Shown here: one piece after another, positions 1-9,407 of the stretch | How the letters are laid out: every line of letters starts with the position of its first letter | Position numbering within the stretch: the stretch's first letter is position 1 | Source: an uncultured delta proteobacterium | GTDB lineage: Bacteria > Desulfobacterota > Desulfuromonadia > Geobacterales > Pseudopelobacteraceae | Direction: 5' to 3' | NCBI GenBank assembly: GCA_963772835.1 | Contig: CAVYYZ010000013.1 | Coordinates: forward strand, 21,475 to 85,474 | DNA length: 64,000 nt | Program-made: the position numbers and the translations under genes | Notes under the pieces: model-generated | What the model saw: only the letters and a program-made list of their open reading frames with translations | Told to the model about the DNA's origin: nothing | The model's database searches: none

Positions 1-601
1 CAGGCGGTATGTTCAACATGGTGATGCGCTGTATTATTTCCTCAATGGTGAGCACTTCGTCTACGGAACCTGTCTCCATAGCCGCCTGCGGCATGAGCGG
101 TTGCTCTGCTGTTGCAGGATTCTGCGCAATTGTCAAGCCTCCGGATGACTTGATTGCCCGAATGCCTGCCGCTCCGTCGTTGCTGGCTCCCGACAGGATA
201 ATAGCCATGACCCGCTCACCCCAGACCTCCGCAGCACTCTCGAAGAGCACGTCGATGGAAGGTCGTGACCAGTTGACCTTTGCTTCTGTTGAAAGCGAGA
301 TGGAGCCGTCACGCTCGACAAGCATATGGTAGTCGGCCGGTGCCACATATACCCGCCCCGGTGTGATCTGCTCCTTGTCGCACGGTTCGACAACAGGAAG
401 TTTCGACATGCCGGCAAGATGTCGGGCAAAGCCGCCTTCATCCTCACGGTGCAGATGTTGAACCATAAGCACCGGCAGTGCAAAATCTGAAGGCAATGCG
501 GCAAGAATGGCGGTAAAGGCTTTGAATCCACCGGCAGAAGCTCCCATTACGATGGCATCATAGATTCTTAAACACTGATTTTTTGCTGTTATTTTAATCA
601 T
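1..601 (-). CDS. cheB: CheB-type protein-glutamate methylesterase (catalytic domain only, no receiver); 3' end runs off the window
   Basis: Not in the ORF track. Hand translation from ATG 601, which overlaps the cheR stop, gives MIKITAKNQCLRIYDAIVMGASAGG...VQH...RPSIDVLFES...ILSGASNDG...MPQAA, containing the CheB Ser/His/Asp triad motifs. Confidence 0.9.
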   Translation of the reverse strand, partial: MIKITAKNQCLRIYDAIVMGASAGGFKAFTAILAALPSDFALPVLMVQHLHREDEGGFARHLAGMSKLPVVEPCDKEQITPGRVYVAPADYHMLVERDGSISLSTEAKVNWSRPSIDVLFESAAEVWGERVMAIILSGASNDGAAGIRAIKSSGGLTIAQNPATAEQPLMPQAAMETGSVDEVLTIEEIIQRITMLNIPP

Positions 602-1442
602 TGCAGCGGATTTTCTTGTAAATCCGGGCCTTGTCATCAATCACTTCGAAACAGTCGGAAACTTCGCTGAACCGCAGGCTTTCCTTCGTGCCAAGGCAGA
701 GATAGCCGCCGTGTACGAGGCTTTCCGTAAAAAGTCCCAGTGCCCTGTTCTGCAGGTCACTGTTGAAGTAGATGAGCACATTGCGGCAAAGCACCAGATG
801 CATCTCACCGAACACACCGTCCATTGCCAGATTGTGGTTGGAGAAGACGATCCGCTCCTTCAGTGAGGCGTCCATGACTGCCGCTTCGTAGCGGGCATGG
901 TAGTATTCGGAAAATGACCGTTTTCCGCCCGCCTGCTGATAGTTTCTGGTGGCCTCCTGAAGTTTTGACGTTTCATAGATCCCTTCACGGGCTCGTTCCA
1001 GAGCAGTATCGCTGAAGTCGGTCGCATAAATGGTCGCCCGATCGTAAACCCCTTCTTCCTTGAGTACGATTGCCAGGGAATATACCTCTTCGCCGGTCGC
1101 ACAGCCGGCATGCCAGATCTTTACATGGGGCCAGGTCTTGAGAATAGGGACCACTTTTTCCCGTACGGAACGATACACCGATGGATCACGGAACAGCTCT
1201 GTTACGGCAACAGAGAAATAGCGGATCAGGCGCGAGAAGAACTCCCGGTCATGCAGCACCTGCGGGATCATTTCCGATACCGTTGCACAGCCGGAGCTTG
1301 TCATGAACTGCCTGATCCTCCGCTCGATGGAAGCCCGGGCGTAGGAACGGAAGTCGTAGCCGTAGCGGCGGTAGATCGCTTCCAGAAGGAGGTCTACTTC
1401 GATGCGGTGAATTTCTGATTTTTTGCGTTCTTCGCTCGTCAT
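594..1442 (-). CDS. cheR: CheR-type protein-glutamate O-methyltransferase
   Basis: YGYDFRSY, VTELFRD, KIWHAGCATGEEVYS, IYATD and CRNVLIYF motifs; start placed at ATG 1442 (MTSEER). Confidence 0.93.
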   Translation of the reverse strand: MTSEERKKSEIHRIEVDLLLEAIYRRYGYDFRSYARASIERRIRQFMTSSGCATVSEMIPQVLHDREFFSRLIRYFSVAVTELFRDPSVYRSVREKVVPILKTWPHVKIWHAGCATGEEVYSLAIVLKEEGVYDRATIYATDFSDTALERAREGIYETSKLQEATRNYQQAGGKRSFSEYYHARYEAAVMDASLKERIVFSNHNLAMDGVFGEMHLVLCRNVLIYFNSDLQNRALGLFTESLVHGGYLCLGTKESLRFSEVSDCFEVIDDKARIYKKIRCND

Positions 1443-1450
1443 AGACAATG

Positions 1451-4400
1451 TCACCGATAGAGCCACACCCGCATGAGCGAGAAAAGCCGCGCCTGGTCAA
1501 CCGGCTTGGGAAGATAGTCGTTGGCGCCTGCGGCCAGGCATTTTTCCCGGTCATCCGCCATGGCCTTGGCCGTGAGCGCAATGATCGGCAGGGTCCGGAA
1601 TGCATCCCGGGCACGAATTCTTTTCATGGTCTCATAGCCGTCCATCTCCGGCATCATCACATCCATCAGTATCAGGTCAATATCGGGCTGTTCCTCCAGC
1701 AGGCGCAACGCCCGCTCACCGTTATCGGCCTTGACCGGTTTCATGCCGTTCTCGTTCAACAGACGGGCGACCGCGAAGGTGGTGCGCATGTCGTCATCCA
1801 CGATAAGCACTTTCTTCCCCTTCAGGAGGAGATCAGTCTCATGCAGATTTTGAATGACCTGGCGCTTCTTCTCCGACATACGCCCCACGACACGATGCAG
1901 AAAGAGCGAAACTTCGTCCAGCAGCCGCTCCTGTGAGCGGACATCTTTTATCACGATGGATTTGGCACGTTCACGGATGGTTTCTTCTTCATGCACGGTG
2001 AGGTCGCGGGCGGTATAGACGACGACCGGGGGAAGCACGACCCCTTCAGATTCCAGCTGTGCCAGCAGTTCATTCCCGTCCATATCAGGCAGTCCCAGAT
2101 CCAGAACGACGCAATCATATTCATTTGAGCGCAGGGCAGCCAGGGCCTGTGCACCATTTTCCGCCTCATCGGTCGTGACATCACCATTACCGACCAGTCT
2201 CACGGTTTCACGGCGTATGACCGGATCATCGTCAATAACCAGCATCCGTTTCGGTCTCCCGGATGAGAGCTGATCCAACCGGTGAAATACCTCTTCGAGA
2301 TGATTCTGATCGACCGGTTTGGCGAAATGTCCGACCGCCCCTTTGCGTTTTGCTTTGTTTGAGGGGTCTTCAACCGACAGGATGTGTACCGGAATGTGCC
2401 GGGTGCGGGTACTCTCCTTGAGCGTGCTCAACACTTCCCAGCCGTCCATGCCCGGTAGCCTGAGATCAAGAATTATTGCAGAAAGAACGTGCTCTCTTGC
2501 CAGATCTAACCCCGCCTCTCCCGTCGAGGCCACCAGACACTTGAATCCCTTCTCATGGCACTTCTCGTAGAGTATGCGGGCGAATTTAGGATCATCCTCG
2601 ATGACCAGCATTATGCGGTCGGACGCTTCAATGCCGTCACGATCGTCGGGGATGGCGGGGCGACTGCCTGCGACCGTGGCACGCGGCGTACGGGTTTCCG
2701 GCAGTGGCCCCGACAGACGGGCCGGAAGCTGCTGCACCGGTTTTAGAGGCAGATACAGCGTAAAGGTCGAACCGGTGCCGGGTGCGCTTTCCAGACGGAT
2801 CTCGCCACCAAGCAAAGATGCCAGTTCACGGGAAATGGAGAGCCCTAATCCGGTCCCGCCGTATTTTCTCGAGGTGGTACCGTCTGCCTGCTGGAATGCC
2901 TCAAATATCCGTGAGTGCAGTTCCGCAGGGATGCCGATGCCGGTATCCGTGACCGCAATTGCCAGAAAGTCGCTCGCGGCAAGCCCGTACCGGGAATACG
3001 CCGCTCCCGGTGAAGGGGGGCCAAAGGTCACGGTAACGCTCCCGGAGGCAGTGAACTTTAACGCATTGGCAATCAGGTTGCGGGTAACCTGATCCAGGCG
3101 TTTGCGGTCACTTGATATTTCCCGTGGTGCATCAGTGCTGACAACGATCTCCAGCGCAATATTCTTTTCATCGGCGAGGTGCTGGAATGAGTCCCGTACA
3201 CCATCAGCCAGGTCGTTCACCCGTACCGTGTCAAACTGGACCGTTATATGGCCGGCCTCAATCTTTGACAGGTCCAGAATGTCATTGATCAGATTCAGCA
3301 GGTCGCTGCCGCCGCTGTTGATAATGCGCGCAGCCTCGACCTGCTCCGCCGTCAGGTTGCCGTCCCTGTTTCCGGCCAGGCTTTGTGACAGGAGCAGCAG
3401 GCTGTTGAGCGGGGTGCGGAGTTCGTGCGACATGTTGGCCAGAAATTCCGATTTGTATCTGCTGGCCTGAGTCAGTGCTGCCGCCTTGTCTTCAAGCTCC
3501 TGCCTGGCCTGTTCAACCTGCCTGGTCTGCCGCTCCAGCAATTCGTTCTTTTCTTCAAGCTCCTCGTTGGTGACCTTGAGTTCTTCCTGCTGGACTTTCA
3601 ACTCTTCTTCCGATTGCTGCAGCCGTTGGGTCTGCTCTTCCAATTCTTCATTTGCCACCTGAAGCTCTTCCTGCTGTATTTTGAGCCGCCGGTTCTGCTG
3701 GTCCAGATCCCGGGACAGGGCTTCTATGCGCTGGTTCGACAACATGCTGTTCATCCAGACAGCCAGGGCAGTCTGGATTTCCGAAACGAGCCGGACGGCA
3801 TCTGATTCATAATCATGGATACTCGCAAGGGATAGTATTGCCACGACCTCGTCACCTGACAGAAGCGGAACCGTGATAATCTCCCGGGGAATGATGTCGC
3901 CATTCACTGCCGCCAGGGTAAATCGTGTGTCCGACGGTATTTCAGAAATCGTATGAATTGTGCGGGTGGAGAGCGCCCCGCCGAATTCACCTTCAAAGTC
4001 AACCGCAGAAAATGATGCCCGGCCGGGGGCAGTGAGGCCGATCGCCTCCTGGAGCAGAAAATCCGTTTTTTGCTCATTGAGCAGATATATCGCCCCGACC
4101 TGGGAACCGGTCAGACGCATAATGCTTTCAAGAACCTGACGACTGAAGGCACGGGCCTGCAGCTCTGTGAGCATGACGGCATTAAGCTGTGCGACGTGTT
4201 CCCTGAATGCCATTTCCCCCTGGATTTTACCAGCCATTGCATTGAAAAGCGCGGAGAGCGACCCGAATTCATTGCCAGAGGTGTAGCCGCTCCTGGCATC
4301 CAGATTTCCCTGGTGGAACCGGGTAGTTACGTCATTCAGATCCTGCACCGGCGTTCGAATCAGTTTCAACAGAAGCAGACCGATCCCGGCAGAAAGGAGA

Positions 4401-4999
4401 AGTATTATTCCGATGACCGATAAGAGCTGCAGATTCAGGGAGTCGTGGGTCGTGCCGGCGTTACGGTAAAGCTCAACGCCCTTATTCGTTGCATATACGT
4501 CAATTTTCTTAATCAGTACAAGTAACTGATCCCGTTCCGTACCGATATCGCCGGTATTCTGAACCCGTTTCATGGCTGCAGCGACATCTCCCGAACGTCC
4601 CAGATCCCGGTTGCTCTCACGCGTCGATACCCAGCGTACAAAGGCGGTATGCGCATCTTCGATATCTTTAATCGGCCCCAGATACGCCCCGAACAGCACC
4701 GTGAACTGTTGTTCGGCATCTGCCTGATAGACATCGGAATTCTGAAGAGCTTTCCGACGACCTCCCTCATCTTTGGCCAGGAGTAGATTGCGGAATTCAA
4801 AGCGCATCCCCAGGATATCTTTGTCGAGTGTATCAATCGCGTTCATTACTTTCAACGGGTGTTCATACATGGTACGGGTCTGTTGCCAGAGTATATCTGC
4901 CTGTCGCGAGGAGAGCACGCCGAGGAGAATAACAAACACGAGGAGACAGCCCAACCCCAGGCGCAGTTGCGTGGCGATTTTTATGTCCTTTAGTTTCAT
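1451..4999 (-). CDS. Hybrid sensor histidine kinase: 2 TM with four-helix periplasmic domain, HAMP, GAF, coiled coil, HisKA, HATPase, three receiver domains
   Basis: H-box FLANMSHELRTPLN; NALKFT, DTGIGI and GGTGLGL boxes; three REC domains (LVIEDD, LVIDDD, LIVDDD). ORF track starts at 5023; ATG 4999 preferred. Confidence 0.93.
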   Translation of the reverse strand: MKLKDIKIATQLRLGLGCLLVFVILLGVLSSRQADILWQQTRTMYEHPLKVMNAIDTLDKDILGMRFEFRNLLLAKDEGGRRKALQNSDVYQADAEQQFTVLFGAYLGPIKDIEDAHTAFVRWVSTRESNRDLGRSGDVAAAMKRVQNTGDIGTERDQLLVLIKKIDVYATNKGVELYRNAGTTHDSLNLQLLSVIGIILLLSAGIGLLLLKLIRTPVQDLNDVTTRFHQGNLDARSGYTSGNEFGSLSALFNAMAGKIQGEMAFREHVAQLNAVMLTELQARAFSRQVLESIMRLTGSQVGAIYLLNEQKTDFLLQEAIGLTAPGRASFSAVDFEGEFGGALSTRTIHTISEIPSDTRFTLAAVNGDIIPREIITVPLLSGDEVVAILSLASIHDYESDAVRLVSEIQTALAVWMNSMLSNQRIEALSRDLDQQNRRLKIQQEELQVANEELEEQTQRLQQSEEELKVQQEELKVTNEELEEKNELLERQTRQVEQARQELEDKAAALTQASRYKSEFLANMSHELRTPLNSLLLLSQSLAGNRDGNLTAEQVEAARIINSGGSDLLNLINDILDLSKIEAGHITVQFDTVRVNDLADGVRDSFQHLADEKNIALEIVVSTDAPREISSDRKRLDQVTRNLIANALKFTASGSVTVTFGPPSPGAAYSRYGLAASDFLAIAVTDTGIGIPAELHSRIFEAFQQADGTTSRKYGGTGLGLSISRELASLLGGEIRLESAPGTGSTFTLYLPLKPVQQLPARLSGPLPETRTPRATVAGSRPAIPDDRDGIEASDRIMLVIEDDPKFARILYEKCHEKGFKCLVASTGEAGLDLAREHVLSAIILDLRLPGMDGWEVLSTLKESTRTRHIPVHILSVEDPSNKAKRKGAVGHFAKPVDQNHLEEVFHRLDQLSSGRPKRMLVIDDDPVIRRETVRLVGNGDVTTDEAENGAQALAALRSNEYDCVVLDLGLPDMDGNELLAQLESEGVVLPPVVVYTARDLTVHEEETIRERAKSIVIKDVRSQERLLDEVSLFLHRVVGRMSEKKRQVIQNLHETDLLLKGKKVLIVDDDMRTTFAVARLLNENGMKPVKADNGERALRLLEEQPDIDLILMDVMMPEMDGYETMKRIRARDAFRTLPIIALTAKAMADDREKCLAAGANDYLPKPVDQARLFSLMRVWLYR

Positions 5000-5144
5000 G
5001 GGAACTCCTGAAGACAGTTTCAACCTCTACTGGTGCATTTTCCGCCACACGGGGCGCTCAAGTGCCACCTAACAACGTGCAACGGGGTGATTCAGTGCTG
5101 CTTTCACCGCCGTTTCTCTTACGCATGTGATGATACGTACCAGT

Positions 5145-7007
5145 TTATTCGGGCGGATACAATATCATTTGCTTCGGGCGTTCTGTTTGTATTTCACCGA
5201 ACTGCAACTGATGGAGTCGGGCATATACACCGCCTGCACGCAGCAGCTCCTCATGAGTACCTTCTTCGACTTTGACCCCGTGCCGGATTGTGACGATACG
5301 GTCTGCGTCGTGAATGGTGGAGAGGCGATGCGCTATGACCAGTGAGGTGCGTCCCTGCATCATCCCCCTGATCCCCTCCTGAATCATCTGCTCCGAGGCA
5401 CTGTCAATACTTGCAGTCGCCTCGTCCAGCACAAGTATTTCCGGATCGAATGCGACGGCGCGGGCAAAGGAGAGCAATTGTTTTTCGCCCACAGAGAAAT
5501 TGCTCCCCCGTTCGCGGACCTCTTCATCATAGCCTCGCGGCAGACGATCGATAAAACCGTCGGCACCGACCGCCGCCGCTGCCTGACGGACGCGCTGCCG
5601 GGCCTGTTCATCTCCGAGGCAGATGTTGAATTCGATGCTCCCGGCAAACAGGCAGGGATCCTGAAGGACAACGCCGACCCGCCGCCTCACCTGCACAAGG
5701 TCGATCTCCCGGATGTCGACCCCCTGCAGCAGAATGGAGCCGCGTTCAATCTCATACAGGCGTGTCAGCAGGCGGGTAATTGTCGTCTTGCCGCCGCCGC
5801 TCTCCCCCACAATTGCAATCCGTTCCCCGCGTTTTACAGCAAGGTTGAATCCGCTCAGGATGTCGTTATCGACCTGATACGAGAACGAAACGTCGCGGAA
5901 TTCAATGAGGGGAGGAGATTCGCCGCATACTTCCTCTGACAGCTCCCTGTTGCCCGCATGTCTTGCATCGGGAGCAGCTTCGGGGAAGGGATGGGGTGAG
6001 CCGGTTGCAGGTGTGTCCAGCAGTGCGAAAATTCTCTCGAGCGCAGCCATCGCTCCCTGCATGACGGAATATTTTGCAGAAAGGTCACGGATAGGCGAGA
6101 AAAACTTTTCGATATACTGAATGAAGGCGACAAGCACGCCGAAGGTCAGGGTCCCTTTCAGGATTTCGCCGCCGCCGTACCATATGATCAGCGCCACGGC
6201 AATTGATGAGAGCGCTTCCACCAGGGCATACAGGGATGCATCCCAGAAAATGACCGGCATATTGGCGTCGCGGTATGATGCGTTCAAAATGCTGAAACGC
6301 CGCTCTTCATCGCGTTCGCGGTTGAAGATCTGAATGATGCTGATACCTGAAATACATTCGTTGAGAAACGAATTCAGGCTTCCCAGCCGTGCACGGACCT
6401 CCCGGAAAGATTTTCTCATGCGCCTCCGGAAAGTATAGGCGACGTACAACAGCACCGGCAGAACGGAAAAGGTCACCAGTGACAGTGTAAGGTTCATCCA
6501 GAGCATGACGGAAATAATCCCGATCAGCAGCAGGACGTCACCGATGATTGTGATAATTCCTGAAGCAAACATTTCTCCCAGTACTTCGACGTCGCTGGTC
6601 AGCCTTGTGACTGCGCTCCCGGTCGGTACGCGGTCGAACCAGGAAACCGGCAGATGCATGACGTGTCGGTACAGCTCTGATCGCATATCCGACATGACCC
6701 GCTGTCCGACAGACTGCAGCAGATACACTTCCAGAAACGACAACAGAGATTCAATCAGCAAAATGCCGAGGAATCCGAGTGCAATCTGTTCCAGGCCGGC
6801 CAGTTTACCGGTGATAATGTGACCATCGATCGCGAGTTTGATAATCCAGGGCTGTGCCAGGCGGCAGGCTGCAACGATCGGCAGTATCAGCACCACGATG
6901 CAGATCGAAAACCGGTAGGGGGTCACATAGCGCACAAAGCGCCGCAACAGAGCGGTGTCGTAGGCTTTGCCGGCTATTTCTTCTTCGTAAATTCCGCCGT
7001 GATGCAT
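5145..7007 (-). CDS. ABC exporter, fused permease/ATPase (MdlB/MsbA-like)
   Basis: N-terminal TM domain, Walker A GESGGGKT, signature FSVGEKQ, ILVLDEAT, IAHRLST. Confidence 0.92.
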   Translation of the reverse strand: MHHGGIYEEEIAGKAYDTALLRRFVRYVTPYRFSICIVVLILPIVAACRLAQPWIIKLAIDGHIITGKLAGLEQIALGFLGILLIESLLSFLEVYLLQSVGQRVMSDMRSELYRHVMHLPVSWFDRVPTGSAVTRLTSDVEVLGEMFASGIITIIGDVLLLIGIISVMLWMNLTLSLVTFSVLPVLLYVAYTFRRRMRKSFREVRARLGSLNSFLNECISGISIIQIFNRERDEERRFSILNASYRDANMPVIFWDASLYALVEALSSIAVALIIWYGGGEILKGTLTFGVLVAFIQYIEKFFSPIRDLSAKYSVMQGAMAALERIFALLDTPATGSPHPFPEAAPDARHAGNRELSEEVCGESPPLIEFRDVSFSYQVDNDILSGFNLAVKRGERIAIVGESGGGKTTITRLLTRLYEIERGSILLQGVDIREIDLVQVRRRVGVVLQDPCLFAGSIEFNICLGDEQARQRVRQAAAAVGADGFIDRLPRGYDEEVRERGSNFSVGEKQLLSFARAVAFDPEILVLDEATASIDSASEQMIQEGIRGMMQGRTSLVIAHRLSTIHDADRIVTIRHGVKVEEGTHEELLRAGGVYARLHQLQFGEIQTERPKQMILYPPE

Positions 7008-7059
7008 AGTTTTGGTTCCGTTTGAAGTAAAAGTCAGGAGGCAGTTTATCTGAAAAGTG

Positions 7060-9348
7060 TTACATCATGTCAACCGGATCTATATCGACTGAAATGCGCA
7101 CAGTTGAAACGATTGCCGCCCTCTGCCTCCATATGGCGATCAATCGATGAAGATCTGTGCGGTTCGAAGACTTTAGTAAAATCTGGCGGCGAAATCGATT
7201 GCGCAGGCGATAAATCGGGGATGGCGCAGGGCCGAGAATTTCAACCCGTACGTTCAACTCTGATTTTAGCCGGCTCAGTAACCGGGCGGTCATGTCCGCC
7301 TGTTCTGTAACAGAGTACTCCGAAAGTCCGGAAATGGCAAAAGCCGCCAGAAATGTGAAAGGGGGATAGCCGGCCTCCCGGCGAAACTCCAGTTCCTGCC
7401 GGTAAAATCCGGCCGCATCATGTCCGGCGGCGGACTTGACCGCATAATGCTCAGGGTCGATCGCCTGTACAACAACCCTTCCCGGGGTTTCACCCCGGCC
7501 GGCCCGTCCGATGACCTGCGACAGCAGCTGGAACGTGCGTTCTGCCGCACGAAAATCGGGCATTCCCAGGCTCGCTTCGGCGTTTATCACCCCCACCAGC
7601 GTTACTTCGGGAAAATCATGCCCCTTGGCAATCATCTGGGTGCCGACCAGTATATCGGCGCTGCCGTCGTTCATGCGTGACAGCAGACGCTCGTGGCTCC
7701 CTTTGCCTGAGGTCGTGTCACTGTCCATCCGGAGAATCCGTGCCGACGGCAGCAGCTCTTTCAGGTGATGCTCCAGTTTTTCGGTTCCGGCACCAAGCTC
7801 ACCCAGTGTCGTTCCACCGCACGCAGGACATGTGCCGGGTGCCGGGACGGCATAGTCGCAGTAATGACACAGGCTCTGACCACGCTGACGATGATAGGTC
7901 AGAGTAACCGAGCAGTTGGGGCAGGTCAGCGCTTTCCCGCAGTCCGAGCAGACCAGAAAGGTTGCAAAGCCCCGGCGGTTAAGAAAAACAATTGCCTGCC
8001 GACCCTCCTGGTACGTTTCATTCAGACGGTCTGACAGCGCAGACGACAGAATATCTTTGTTCCCCTTCATTGCGACCAGTTCGACAAGCGGCATCGGACG
8101 GCATTCGACCCGTTCAGGCAGTTCAAGCAACGTAAGCCGTCCCTCACCTGCGGCGTGGAATGTGGTGACCGCCGGTGTTGCCGAGCCGAGAACAACGGCG
8201 GACTCTTCCATCTTACCCCGCACAAGCGCCAGATCGCGAGCATTGTAACGCAATCCGTCCGATTGTTTGAACGAGGCTTCATGTTCTTCATCGACGATGA
8301 TGATGCCTATTTTGTCCAGGGGAGCAAAAACGGCTGAACGTGCTCCGATGACAATGCGTGCAAGCCCGCGCCGGATGCGGCGCCATTCGTCGAAGCGCTC
8401 ACCATCTGAAAGACCGCTGTGCAGGATGGCAATACCGCCGCCGAAACGGGCCTGAAACCGCCCGGTCAACTGAGGGGTCAGGGCAATTTCAGGCACAAGT
8501 ACCAATGCATTTTTTCCGAGTTCAAGCGTGCGGGAGATTGCCTGCAGATACACCTCGGTTTTGCCGCTGCCGGTTACTCCGTACAATAGAAACGGTTTGA
8601 ACGACTGGTGGTAAAGGCTTGCCGTAATGGCATCCAGTGCCGCTTTTTGATGGGTATGCAGATGTCGCGGCTCATCCCGGACAACAGTGCGATCTTTAAA
8701 TGGATCTCGAAATACTTCGCGCTCTTCTGCTCTGCTCAATCCGAGTTCGGTCAGTCGCTTGAGTTGCGGAGAACATGTACCGAAGCGTTTACGAAGTTCT
8801 CCGGCGGAAATATCGCCCGACTCCCGGATTACCGCCAGTATTTCCAGCGCTTTAGAACCAGGTTGACGGATAGAGGTCTCCACTTGGCCGGGGAGATAAA
8901 ACGTTTCACGGCGTGCGGACTTTCCCCCGGTCACTATTTCCGCTTCTCCGGCGGCACCTTTTCGGGTTTGAATATTTATACCGGCCGGGAGTGCGGTGCG
9001 AACAACCTCCCCGAGGGGGTGCTGATAATATGATGCGATCCAGCGGAAAAACTCCATTTCACCGGGAGTCCAGAGGGGGGCTGTGTCCAGTACCGCTATG
9101 ATTTCTTTCAGACTGGTATGTTCCGAACCGGCAGCATCCCCCAGAATGTAGCCGGTCAGTGTGCGCCGGCCGAACGGCACCAGAGCGCGGTGCCCGGGCA
9201 GAGCCTGTGCCAGGAGCGGTTCAGGGACGAGATAGTGAAAAGTCCTGTCCAGATAGAGCGGGATGGCGACTTCAATTATATGGTTGTATGGGTCGGCAGC
9301 AGTCATAAAATTTTCCGGTGATGTGACATTGGTGGATAGCATAGTCAT
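7060..9348 (-). CDS. priA: Primosomal protein N' (replication restart helicase)
   Basis: GVTGSGKTEVY, DEEHE, SATP, LNRRG, four CxxC pairs, GTQMIAKG, QVIGRAGR, terminal DIDP; start could be ATG 9306. Confidence 0.96.
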   Translation of the reverse strand: MTMLSTNVTSPENFMTAADPYNHIIEVAIPLYLDRTFHYLVPEPLLAQALPGHRALVPFGRRTLTGYILGDAAGSEHTSLKEIIAVLDTAPLWTPGEMEFFRWIASYYQHPLGEVVRTALPAGINIQTRKGAAGEAEIVTGGKSARRETFYLPGQVETSIRQPGSKALEILAVIRESGDISAGELRKRFGTCSPQLKRLTELGLSRAEEREVFRDPFKDRTVVRDEPRHLHTHQKAALDAITASLYHQSFKPFLLYGVTGSGKTEVYLQAISRTLELGKNALVLVPEIALTPQLTGRFQARFGGGIAILHSGLSDGERFDEWRRIRRGLARIVIGARSAVFAPLDKIGIIIVDEEHEASFKQSDGLRYNARDLALVRGKMEESAVVLGSATPAVTTFHAAGEGRLTLLELPERVECRPMPLVELVAMKGNKDILSSALSDRLNETYQEGRQAIVFLNRRGFATFLVCSDCGKALTCPNCSVTLTYHRQRGQSLCHYCDYAVPAPGTCPACGGTTLGELGAGTEKLEHHLKELLPSARILRMDSDTTSGKGSHERLLSRMNDGSADILVGTQMIAKGHDFPEVTLVGVINAEASLGMPDFRAAERTFQLLSQVIGRAGRGETPGRVVVQAIDPEHYAVKSAAGHDAAGFYRQELEFRREAGYPPFTFLAAFAISGLSEYSVTEQADMTARLLSRLKSELNVRVEILGPAPSPIYRLRNRFRRQILLKSSNRTDLHRLIAIWRQRAAIVSTVRISVDIDPVDMM

Positions 9349-9407
9349 AAATATGGTGTATAGTGAAAACTCTTCTCATGAGAACTTAACGTAAGGCCGC
9401 ATTATAT

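Noticed and set aside
133..531. ORF-track calls 133..531 (-) and 9..332 (+)
   Set aside because: Alternative-frame and antisense shadows of the cheB frame starting at 601
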